Assembly (NCBI GenBank): GCA_017578085.2
Contig: PKQR02000001.1
Coordinates: 7,105 to 71,104 of the forward strand
From: Bacillota bacterium
GTDB taxonomy: Bacteria > Bacillota > Limnochordia > Limnochordales > ZCTH02-B6
Length of the DNA stretch: 64,000 nucleotides
Direction of reading: 5' to 3'
Part shown: one piece after another, positions 40,611 through 48,436 of the stretch
How the letters are laid out: each line of letters begins with the position of its first letter
How positions within the stretch are numbered: the first letter of the stretch is position 1
Translations under genes and position numbers: made by a program
Notes under the pieces: model-generated
The model's database searches: none
Told to the model about the DNA's origin: nothing
Seen by the model: the letters and a program-made list of their open reading frames with translations, nothing else

Positions 40611-41972
40611 TTGACGCAGCGGCGCCGGACGGGCGGGCCGTCGACGCCTCGGCAAGCCGCCGTCGACATCCTCACGGCCATCGAGGAACGGGCAGCCTTT
40701 GCGGGCCTCGCCCTTGACGCCCACCTGGAGCGGATCCAACTGCCGGCGCCTGCCCGGGGGTACGTCACCGAAATTGTCTACGGCGTGTTGCGCTGGCGAG
40801 GCACGCTGGACTGGATGCTCGCCCAGTGCAGCCATCGGCCCATAGAAGAGCTAACGCCTGCGGTGCGCAACATCCTGCGCCTGGCCGCGTACGAAGTGTG
40901 TTTCCTGGACTCGGTCCCGGCGCCCGTGGCGTGCCACGCTGCGGTGGAACTGGCCAAAGCCCGCTTTCACCCCGGCGTCGCGTCGTTTGTCAACGGTGTG
41001 TGCCGCCAGTTGAGCCGGCGCGCCTGGAGCGGGGACTGGCCGTGGCCGGACGTGGATGAGGATCCCGTCAAGGCGTTGGCCGTACGCACTTCGCACCCGG
41101 AGTGGCTTGTGGCCCGCTGGGTGGCCCGGTTTGGCGTCCAGGAGGCCCGGGCCCTCTGTGAGGCCAACAACGCGGCGCCGTCGGTCCACGTGCGGGCCAA
41201 CATCCTCAAGACGACCCGCGAGGCGCTGGCGGAGGCCCTTGCCGGGCTGGGCGCCCAAGTGAAACCGGGATTGTGGGCTCCGCAGGCGCTGCATGTGCGG
41301 GGCATGGGCGCCGTCCGGGACAACCCTGCGTTTCAGTCGGGTTTGTTTACCGTGCAAGACGAAGGTGCCCAGCTGGTCGCGCACGTCTTGGACCCCCAGC
41401 CGGGCGAGCGGGTGATCGACCTGTGCGCGGCGCCCGGCGGCAAGACGACCCACCTGGCCGAGCTCATGGGAAACGAGGGCCAGGTTGTCGCGGTGGACGT
41501 CCACGCCGGCAAGCTGGGGCTGGTGCAGCGGGCGGCCGCGCGCCTTGGCATCACCATCGTCACGACGGTCGAGGGCGACGGCCGCGAGATGCCGGGCCGA
41601 CTAGCCCCGGCGGACCGGGTGCTGGTGGACGCTCCCTGCTCAGGACTGGGGGTGCTCAGGCGGCGGCCGGACCTGCGCTGGCGCAAGCGCCCTGAGGAGC
41701 TGACGGCATTGGCCGCGCTGCAGGGGGAGCTGCTTGCGGCCGCGGCGGAGCTGACCCGGCCGGGCGGCACGCTGGTGTACAGCACCTGCACCACGGAGCC
41801 CGAGGAGACCACGGAGGTCGTAGAGGCGTTTCTCCGTTCCCGGGCGGATTTTGTTCCCGAGGTTCTTCCTTTGCGGGAATTTGTGCCGGACCGCTTCGGA
41901 GGCTACCTTTACCCGCACCGCCATGGCACCGACGGTTTCTTCATCGCTCGTTTACGAAAGATAAACACCTAG
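40611..41972 (+). CDS. rsmB: 16S rRNA (cytosine967-C5)-methyltransferase RsmB/Sun
   Basis: A NusB-like N-terminal domain is followed by the SAM motif DLCAAPGGKT, DAPCSGLGV and the STCT catalytic Cys region. Its position after fmt is conserved. Confidence 0.93.
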   Translation: MTQRRRTGGPSTPRQAAVDILTAIEERAAFAGLALDAHLERIQLPAPARGYVTEIVYGVLRWRGTLDWMLAQCSHRPIEELTPAVRNILRLAAYEVCFLDSVPAPVACHAAVELAKARFHPGVASFVNGVCRQLSRRAWSGDWPWPDVDEDPVKALAVRTSHPEWLVARWVARFGVQEARALCEANNAAPSVHVRANILKTTREALAEALAGLGAQVKPGLWAPQALHVRGMGAVRDNPAFQSGLFTVQDEGAQLVAHVLDPQPGERVIDLCAAPGGKTTHLAELMGNEGQVVAVDVHAGKLGLVQRAAARLGITIVTTVEGDGREMPGRLAPADRVLVDAPCSGLGVLRRRPDLRWRKRPEELTALAALQGELLAAAAELTRPGGTLVYSTCTTEPEETTEVVEAFLRSRADFVPEVLPLREFVPDRFGGYLYPHRHGTDGFFIARLRKINT

Positions 41973-41998
41973 AAGGGATCCTGAGTTGACTGACGAAT
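41972..41998 (+). promoter_or_regulatory. Candidate sigma-H-type promoter with overlapping 0A-box-like heptamer upstream of spo0A
   Basis: GAAGGGAT (41972-41979) has one mismatch to RnAGGwWW. A 12-nt spacer is followed by GACGAAT (41992-41998), which fits RnnGAAT. TGACGAA (41991-41997) fits the 0A-box pattern TGnCGAA. The consensus strings are recalled from memory. Confidence 0.3.
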
Positions 41999-42044
41999 CA
42001 ATACTCTGACTTTACTGGTCACTTCGCGCCAAGGAGGGGTCACC

Positions 42045-42833
42045 TTGATCAAGGTGCTCATCGCCGACAACAACATGCCGTTGTGCGCCTCCCTCAGCGA
42101 TTTCCTCAACGGCCTGCCCGACATGGAGGTGGTCGGGTGCGCGTATGACGGGGAAGAGGCGCTGGAGCTCATCGCCAAGACCCAGCCGGATGTGGTTATT
42201 CTCGACATCACCATGCCGCGGCTGGACGGCATGGCGGTCTTGGAACGCCTCCCCGACCTCAAGCTTGAGCGCCGTCCCAGGATCATCGTGTTGACCGCCT
42301 TGGCCCGTGAGGACATCGCCAAGCGGTTCACCGAGCTGGGGGCCGATTATTTCCTGCTCAAACCTTTTGACCTTCAGCTTTTGGCGGAGCGGATACGGCA
42401 GTTTGCCAACGAGCGGCCGGCGGAGCCTGCACCGGTCGCACCTGCGCCGGCACGGCCGCCCGTTTCCCGGACGCACAACCTGGAGGCCATGGTGACCCGC
42501 CTTTTGCACGAGATGGGCATGCCGGCCCACTTCAAGGGGTACCAGTACCTGCGGGATGCCGTGCTGATGGCCGTCGAGGGAACGGACCTGGTCGGCGGCA
42601 GCCTCAGCAAGGAAGTGTACCCGCGGCTTGCCAGCAAGTACAACGCTACCCCGGGCGGCGTCGAGGCGGCCATCCGCAACGCCCTGATCGCGTGCTGGGA
42701 GAACGGCAACCGCGCGTTCCTGGAGCAGCTGACCGGGCAGTCGGGCCGCACCCGCAAGGGCCGGTTCCCGACCAACTCCATGGTCATCGCCCAGCTAGCG
42801 GACCAGCTGCGGATGCAGGTGCGGGCGAGCTAG
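42045..42833 (+). CDS. spo0A: Stage 0 sporulation response regulator Spo0A
   Basis: TTG 42045 follows AAGGAGGGG. The receiver domain has VVILDITMPRLDG and LLKPF. The diagnostic Spo0A C-terminal domain has LLHEMGMPAHFKGYQYLRDAVLM, ..VYPRLASKYNATPGGVEAAIRNAL.. and FPTNSMVIAQLAD. Confidence 0.95.
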   Translation: MIKVLIADNNMPLCASLSDFLNGLPDMEVVGCAYDGEEALELIAKTQPDVVILDITMPRLDGMAVLERLPDLKLERRPRIIVLTALAREDIAKRFTELGADYFLLKPFDLQLLAERIRQFANERPAEPAPVAPAPARPPVSRTHNLEAMVTRLLHEMGMPAHFKGYQYLRDAVLMAVEGTDLVGGSLSKEVYPRLASKYNATPGGVEAAIRNALIACWENGNRAFLEQLTGQSGRTRKGRFPTNSMVIAQLADQLRMQVRAS

Positions 42834-43557
42834 GCACAAGCCCCAGCTGGGCTTTCACCTTAACAAGTGCCAGCAGCCCCTGCGTGCGCTGGGATTCGCC
42901 TTCGTCGAGCCGTTTCTTGGCGGCGGCGAGCGGCTCCGGGCGCAGGGTGCGGGCGTACTGCTGCAAGTGGGTGATGGCGGCCCGTTTGTTGGCCAGGCTG
43001 TAGTGGAAGTTGTCCAGCGCCTCCCGCAAACCCCGCTGATGTTCGAGGTTGAGGGTTTCGGGGGGCGTCAGGTCGTGCAGGGCGAGGTGGGCCTGCTTGA
43101 TGTCCTGGGAGTAGCGGGCGAGGTGAACCCAGGCGGTAAAGCGGTCCAGCGCCCCCGCGCTCAATCCGTCCAGCACGGCCGGCACCGCGCGCAGGGCCCG
43201 CTCGGCTTCCTCGTACGCGGCCAGCAGCGCGTCTTCCCACTGCCGGAATGTCTTTTCTTGCTCGGGAAACACCGTCTGCGCCTGGGGAACCGCGGGAGCG
43301 TTCTGTTCAGCGGCCTGCAGGGCCGCCCGTATGGGCACGGGTGGCCGCGTGTCGGGCAAGCCTGCGGCGCCGGGAGCGGCGCGGGTGGGCGGCGCCGCGC
43401 CGAGGAAAAGCAGGCTCAGGCCCAAGGCGGCTAGACACCCCGCTCGCGCCCGGGTGCGGATCACGCGACGGTCCAAGCGCCCCGACGCAAGGCCAATAAG
43501 CCCCAGAAAGAGGCCCGTCACACCTAGCGCGGTCACCGCCACCAGCAGCGTTTCCAT
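42784..43557 (-). CDS. Hypothetical membrane-anchored helical protein
   Basis: The tracked ORF runs to 43785 but would cover the tRNA and its terminator. ATG 43557, behind GAGGAGGG, gives 257 aa. The protein has two N-terminal hydrophobic segments, a Pro/Ala linker, and then a helical domain (..FRQWEDALLAAYEEAERAL..). I recognise no family. The 3' end overlaps spo0A by 50 nt. Confidence 0.55.
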   Translation of the reverse strand: METLLVAVTALGVTGLFLGLIGLASGRLDRRVIRTRARAGCLAALGLSLLFLGAAPPTRAAPGAAGLPDTRPPVPIRAALQAAEQNAPAVPQAQTVFPEQEKTFRQWEDALLAAYEEAERALRAVPAVLDGLSAGALDRFTAWVHLARYSQDIKQAHLALHDLTPPETLNLEHQRGLREALDNFHYSLANKRAAITHLQQYARTLRPEPLAAAKKRLDEGESQRTQGLLALVKVKAQLGLVPSSPAPASAAGPLAGR

Positions 43558-43610
43558 GCAGCCCGGGCCCTCCTCGCGCCGTAGGGTGCCCACCGGGCGG
43601 GGTCCGCAAA

Positions 43611-43647
43611 CCGCGAAAAAAGCGCCGGTCAAAAAAAGACCGGCGCT
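43611..43647 (-). terminator. Intrinsic terminator downstream of tRNA-Pro
   Basis: On the minus strand, the perfect 10-bp stem AGCGCCGGUC/GACCGGCGCU has a U7 loop and is followed by UUUUUU. Confidence 0.7.
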
Positions 43648-43656
43648 CTTGGCCTC

Positions 43657-43734
43657 TGGTCGGGGTGACTGGATTTGAACCAGCGACCTCACGGTCCCGA
43701 ACCGTGCGCTCTGACCAAGCTGAGCTACACCCCG
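43657..43734 (-). tRNA. tRNA-Pro (anticodon CGG), CCA encoded
   Basis: The reverse complement folds as a cloverleaf. Acceptor stem CGGGGUG/CACCCCG. D arm GCUC..GAGC. Anticodon stem CACGG/CCGUG with loop UUCGGGA (CGG, G37). T arm GCUGG-UUCAAAU-CCAGU. Discriminator A followed by CCA. Confidence 0.95.
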
Positions 43735-43756
43735 CGGACTGGGAACCGCAACGTTA

Positions 43757-43785
43757 AGTATACAGGAGGGCCCTGGCAGTGTCAA
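43757..43785 (-). promoter_or_regulatory. Consensus sigma-A promoter of tRNA-Pro
   Basis: The minus strand reads TTGACA (43785-43780), an exact 17-nt spacer, then TATACT (43762-43757). The -10 ends 22 nt upstream of the mature tRNA 5' end. Confidence 0.7.
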
Positions 43786-43991
43786 CGAGCCAAGGCCTTT
43801 TACCGGCGCCCCGCTCCGGGTTTCCGGACCGGCGGAGGGCCCACTTGGCTAGCGCCACGACGCCCAGTTACCGGTAGGCCAACTGCTCAAGCTTACGCGG
43901 CCTGTTGCGGGAGACTACGTGTGCGCAGGGAGAAAGCGGTCGGTGCCGAATGAGCAACATGTGGCCGCATTAGAGGGGTTGGGGTGGAACA

Positions 43992-45047
43992 GTGACCACG
44001 GGCACGAAGGCGACAACCGAACGGCGTGTCAACCTGTACGGCATGGGCCTTGAGGAACTTACGGCCTTCGTCCAGGAGCTGGGAGAGCCTGCCTACCGGG
44101 CGAGGCAGCTGATGGAGTGGCTCTACCAGCACCACGTCACCGATTTCCACGCCATGACCAACCTCCCTAAGGCGCTGCGGCACACCCTGGCCGAGCGTGC
44201 CACGGCCGAGGCGCCCACAGTGGCCCACGTGCAAGTGTCCACCGACGGTACCCGCAAGTACCTGTTGCGGGTTTTCGACGGCGACACGGTGGAAGCGGTC
44301 CTGATCCCGGAAGGAGAGCGGCTGACCGCGTGCTTGTCGTCGCAGATTGGTTGCGGCATCGGCTGCCGGTTTTGCGCCACCGCCCTCATGGGCCTAACCC
44401 GCAACTTGGCCCCGGGGGAGATCGTCGGGCAGCTGGCCGCCATCCAACAGGAATCGGGCCGCCGGGTCACCAACGTGGTCATGATGGGCATGGGCGAGCC
44501 GCTGGCCAACTACACCTCGGTCATGCGGGCGCTGCGGCTGATGAATCACCCGCTGGGCTTTGGCCTGGGAGCCCGCCGGCTGACGATCTCCACTGTCGGC
44601 ATCGTGCCGCGGATCCGGGATCTGGCCCGGGAAAATCTGCAAGTGGGGCTGGCGGTTTCGCTGCACGCGGCCGATGACGAAACGAGGGATCTGCTGGTGC
44701 CCATCAACCGGCGCTACCCGATTGCGGAGCTCATGGCCGCGGTCCGGGACTACATCGAGCAGACCCACCGGCGGGTGACGTTCGAATACGTGCTGCTGCG
44801 CGGCGTCAACGACTCGCCCGCCGACGCCCGCAAGCTCGCAAAATTGCTGGAAGGTCTCTTGTGCCACGTGAATCTCATACCCTTCAATCCGGTGCCGGAA
44901 ACCGGGTTTGAGAGGCCGGAAGCCGCGGTCATCAAGCGTTTCCAGGAGGAACTGACCAGCAGGGGCATCCCGGCCACCGTCCGCCGCTCCCGGGGGAGCG
45001 ACATCGACGCGGCGTGCGGCCAGCTGCGTCGCCGTCAGCCGGTGTGA
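43992..45047 (+). CDS. rlmN: 23S rRNA/tRNA adenine-C2 methyltransferase RlmN (radical SAM)
   Basis: The start is GTG. Motifs present: YRARQLMEWLY, the radical-SAM cluster SSQIGCGIGCRFCAT, MGMGEPL and the C-terminal DIDAACGQL. Confidence 0.94.
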   Translation: MTTGTKATTERRVNLYGMGLEELTAFVQELGEPAYRARQLMEWLYQHHVTDFHAMTNLPKALRHTLAERATAEAPTVAHVQVSTDGTRKYLLRVFDGDTVEAVLIPEGERLTACLSSQIGCGIGCRFCATALMGLTRNLAPGEIVGQLAAIQQESGRRVTNVVMMGMGEPLANYTSVMRALRLMNHPLGFGLGARRLTISTVGIVPRIRDLARENLQVGLAVSLHAADDETRDLLVPINRRYPIAELMAAVRDYIEQTHRRVTFEYVLLRGVNDSPADARKLAKLLEGLLCHVNLIPFNPVPETGFERPEAAVIKRFQEELTSRGIPATVRRSRGSDIDAACGQLRRRQPV

Positions 45048-45156
45048 TTGGCGGTGGAGCTGGTGGTCTGGGTCGCGCGCCTGGTCATCCTGGCCGGTCT
45101 TGTGCAATTCATCCGGCGGGTGGCGGCCAGTTGGCGGGACACGGAGGGAGCAGGCA

Positions 45157-45855
45157 GTGGACGTCGGGGCAAGGACCCACGTCGGCAAGGTGCGGCGGAA
45201 GAATGAGGACGGCTACCTAATCCGGGGAGGCCTCCTGGCGGTGGCCGACGGCATGGGAGGCCACCTGGCCGGAGAGATTGCCAGCGGTACTGCGCTGATG
45301 GTTCTCCGTGACTACCCCTTTGGCTCTGGCGAACCGGCGGCAGAACTGGAGGAAGCCATGAGGGCGGCCCACGCCCGCGTGCGGCAGCTGGCCGCCGAAG
45401 AACCGTCCATGGCAGGGATGGGGACGACCCTGACCGTGGCGCTGCTCCGCCCCGGACGGGTGCACGTCGGCCATGTGGGCGACAGCCGCCTCTACTTGTG
45501 GCGCCGGGGGGAGCTGCGGCAGATGACCGCGGACCATTCGGTCGCTGCTGAGCTGCTCCGGGCTGGACAGATCGACGAGGCGGCCGCGCGGGTGCACCCG
45601 CACCGGCACGTGCTGACCCGCGCCATCGGCGCCCTGCCGGAGTTGGAAGTGGATCTTATCGAGTTCCCGCTGGAGCCGGGCGACGGCCTGCTGCTGTGCA
45701 CCGACGGCTTGAGCTGTTTGGTGGACGAAGAAGATATGCTCCGGGTGCTGGCCGAGCACCCCACCGCCCAGGCCGCGGCCGACGCGCTGGTGCAGCTCGC
45801 GCTGGCCCGGGGGGGCATCGACAATGTCACTGTTGTCGTGGCGCGCCCGGATTGA
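45157..45855 (+). CDS. prpC: PP2C-family Ser/Thr protein phosphatase (PrpC/Stp)
   Basis: GTG 45157 follows GGAGGGAG. Motifs present: THVGKVRRKNEDGY, AVADGMGGH, LLLCTDGL and GGIDNVTVVV. Confidence 0.92.
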   Translation: MDVGARTHVGKVRRKNEDGYLIRGGLLAVADGMGGHLAGEIASGTALMVLRDYPFGSGEPAAELEEAMRAAHARVRQLAAEEPSMAGMGTTLTVALLRPGRVHVGHVGDSRLYLWRRGELRQMTADHSVAAELLRAGQIDEAAARVHPHRHVLTRAIGALPELEVDLIEFPLEPGDGLLLCTDGLSCLVDEEDMLRVLAEHPTAQAAADALVQLALARGGIDNVTVVVARPD

Positions 45856-48436
45856 ATCCAGGCCGCTGGAACGGTCGCTGCTTGCTGCGGCGCTCGTGCC
45901 CTGCGGTCTGCTGATCGCCCTCTCGCGCTGGGTGGACGGGGGATGGTCCGTCGGCTTTGCACTGCTGGCCGGCCATGCCGCTTTATTCTTGGGGCTGCAC
46001 GCGGCTATAGCGCTCGTGCGGCCGACGGCGGATGCCGTCTTTTTGCCGCTGGTGGCCATGCTGAGCGGCGTGAGCCTCGCGATGTTGGCCCGGCTGGATG
46101 CAGGGTTGGCTGTCAGGCAGCTGTGCTGGCTTGCAGCAGGGGGAGCGCTGCTTGTCGCTGCAGCGGCGCTGGGGCCGGTGCGCCTGCCCGCACGGGCGGC
46201 GGAGGCCATGGCCGTTGTAGCCGTCTCGGTCTTAGCGGCCACCGCGCTGTTTGGCACGGCAGCGGGCGGTGCGCGGTCGTGGCTGGTCGCGGGACCAGTG
46301 CGGTTACAACCCGTCGAAGCGGCGAAGGTGGTCCTGGTCTGGTGTTGGGCCCGGTGGCTGGCTCCCAGTCCCGCCGTGGGGCGCACCCTGCTGGTGGCCG
46401 GGCTAGCGTCACTGGCCCTTGTGGCCCAGCGGGAGCTGGGCTATCCGCTGCTGCTCTTGGCCACCGCTGTCTTGATGGTGTATATTGCCGCCGGAAAGCG
46501 CGGTTTTCAGCCGGCGCTACTGGCGGCAGCAATCTTTGTGGCGGCCTGTGCGCCAATCTTTGCCATGAATTCCGCGGCCGGCCAGCGGTGGTTTCCCCAC
46601 CTTCCGGGACGACTGGTGGCCTGGCTTGACCCGTGGGCCGAACCTTTCGGCGCGGGGTTCCAGGCGCTGCAAGGCTTGTTTGCCCTGGCGGAAGGGGGAC
46701 TGCTGGGCCGGGGCATCGGCGTCGGGTCACCTGAGGCCATCCCGGCTGTGCATACCGACTACCTTTTGGCTGCGGTGGGCGAGGAGCTGGGGTTTCTAGG
46801 CACGGCGGCGCTCCTCGCTGCCCTGGCGCTGTTTGTGGCCCGTGCCCTTTGGATCGCCCAGCGGGCCCCGGGTGAGACCGAGCGGCTCTTGGCGGCGGGG
46901 CTTGGCCTTGTGGTAGGTTTGCAATCGCTTTGGATGGCGGGTGCCCTGGTGCGGGCGCTTCCGTTGAGTGGGGTGGGACTGCCGCTGGTCAGCTACGGCG
47001 GCAGCGCCGCCTTGGCGCATATGGCCGCGGTCGGGCTGCTCTTGGGGACCAGCGCCGGGGTGCCGGCCGCCGGCTACGACGGGCATAAGCCGGAAGCCCT
47101 GGCTGCTCGCCGTGTGCGTGTTGTGGGATGGGGACTGGCGGCGGGCGCCGCGGCGGTTGTCGTCTTGCTAGGGTATTGGCAGACGGCACGGTCTGACCTG
47201 CGCACGCACCCCTTCAACCCACGGTTCACGGTGCGGAGCCTTGCGGCCAGGGGAGGAATCCTCGATCGCCACGGAGAAGCGCTGGCCGAGACCCACGCGG
47301 TAGGCGACGGCATGGAGCGGCGCCTTTTGGGACCGGCCAGCCTCAGCCATGTGGTGGGGTACGTGGACCCGCGGTTTGGCCTGGCCGGCATCGAAGCGGC
47401 CCGGCAGGCGGACTTGGCTGGGCTGGATCGGGGCCTCGTCGATTGGTGGCGGGATCCGCTGCGGCGGCGGCCTGAGGGGAAGGACGTGTGGCTGACCATC
47501 GACGCCCGGGTGCAGGCCGCCGCCGAGCGGGCCCTCGGCAACCGGCGCGGCGCGGTCGTCGCGCTTCGCCCGCGGACAGGCGAGGTGCTGGCGATGGTCA
47601 GTTATCCCGCTTTCGCACCGGAGGAGCTTCCACGGCTGCTCCGCGCGGGAGAGCACGGGGGCGAGGCACCGCTGTTCAACAGGGCGGTCCAAGGACTGTA
47701 CCCGCCGGGGTCCACTTTCAAGGTGCTGACGATGGCAGCCGCCTTTGACGCGGGCCTCATCGGATCCCAGCAAGAGCTGGAGGCGCTGCAGAGGGCCTTG
47801 GCAGCATCTTCCAACGAACCCTTTGCCAACCTTGGTCTACAATTGGGCGCGAGAGAGTTGGCCGCTGTTGCCAGTCGCGTCGGCTTCGGCTCGCAACTCG
47901 TGACGGACTTGCCCCACGCGATTTCGCCGCTGCCCGGCGCAGTCGCGGCAGGGGACCTGGCTCAAATCAGCATCGGGCAAGGGGAGCTGGTGGCCACGCC
48001 CCTGCAAATGGCGGTCGTCGCGGCCGCCATTGCCCACGGAGGCGTCGCGATGCGCCCGCACCTGGTGCGGGAGATCCGCACAAGGGATGGCCGTATCGCG
48101 CACTTTACCCGCGTCGAGCCCCTAGGGCCGCCGGCGTTTTCGCCGGCCGCGGCGCGGGCCGTGACGGAAGGCATGGTGCTGGCCGTTGAGGAAGGCACAG
48201 CCCGCCAGGCCGCGTTGGACGGGGTACGCGTGGCGGGGAAGACGGGCACCGCGCAAAATCCCCACGGTGAAGCCCACGCCTGGTTTATCGGCTTCGCGCC
48301 GGCCTTCAGGCCAGAGATAGCGGTGGCCGTCATCGTCGAAGGTGGCGGCAGCGGCGGGCAGGTGGCCGCACCCGTGGGCCGGGATGTCATGCTGAGCGCC
48401 TTGGAAGCGATGCGCGCGGCGGCTGAGGTGAACTGA
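45824..48436 (+). CDS. Fusion of SEDS peptidoglycan polymerase (RodA/FtsW family) and class B penicillin-binding protein (transpeptidase)
   Basis: This is a single uninterrupted 870-aa ORF. The N-terminal part of about 415 aa is polytopic and carries SEDS strings RLQPVEAAK, GRGIGVG..AIPAVHTDYLLAAVGEELGF and PLVSYGGSAAL. An extra TM helix follows (VVGWGLAAGAAAVVVLLGYW). The PBP pedestal and transpeptidase then carry SxxK = STFK (47711-47722), SSN, and KTGT (48239-48250). Confidence 0.88.
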   Translation: MSLLSWRARIESRPLERSLLAAALVPCGLLIALSRWVDGGWSVGFALLAGHAALFLGLHAAIALVRPTADAVFLPLVAMLSGVSLAMLARLDAGLAVRQLCWLAAGGALLVAAAALGPVRLPARAAEAMAVVAVSVLAATALFGTAAGGARSWLVAGPVRLQPVEAAKVVLVWCWARWLAPSPAVGRTLLVAGLASLALVAQRELGYPLLLLATAVLMVYIAAGKRGFQPALLAAAIFVAACAPIFAMNSAAGQRWFPHLPGRLVAWLDPWAEPFGAGFQALQGLFALAEGGLLGRGIGVGSPEAIPAVHTDYLLAAVGEELGFLGTAALLAALALFVARALWIAQRAPGETERLLAAGLGLVVGLQSLWMAGALVRALPLSGVGLPLVSYGGSAALAHMAAVGLLLGTSAGVPAAGYDGHKPEALAARRVRVVGWGLAAGAAAVVVLLGYWQTARSDLRTHPFNPRFTVRSLAARGGILDRHGEALAETHAVGDGMERRLLGPASLSHVVGYVDPRFGLAGIEAARQADLAGLDRGLVDWWRDPLRRRPEGKDVWLTIDARVQAAAERALGNRRGAVVALRPRTGEVLAMVSYPAFAPEELPRLLRAGEHGGEAPLFNRAVQGLYPPGSTFKVLTMAAAFDAGLIGSQQELEALQRALAASSNEPFANLGLQLGARELAAVASRVGFGSQLVTDLPHAISPLPGAVAAGDLAQISIGQGELVATPLQMAVVAAAIAHGGVAMRPHLVREIRTRDGRIAHFTRVEPLGPPAFSPAAARAVTEGMVLAVEEGTARQAALDGVRVAGKTGTAQNPHGEAHAWFIGFAPAFRPEIAVAVIVEGGGSGGQVAAPVGRDVMLSALEAMRAAAEVN

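Noticed and set aside
43558-43785. An N-terminal extension of the 333-aa minus-strand ORF (42784-43785).
   Set aside because: The extension would read through tRNA-Pro, its terminator and its promoter. An internal ATG at 43557 with a strong RBS explains the coding part.
45048-45203. A 51-codon ORF lies between rlmN and the PP2C gene. It encodes a hydrophobic peptide (LAVELVVWVARLVILAGLVQFIRRV...) and could be a small membrane protein.
   Set aside because: There is no Shine-Dalgarno sequence before TTG 45048 or GTG 45054. The ORF overlaps the well-supported PP2C start out of frame. Hydrophobic-looking frames are common by chance in GC-rich DNA. It is worth a look only if ribosome profiling exists.
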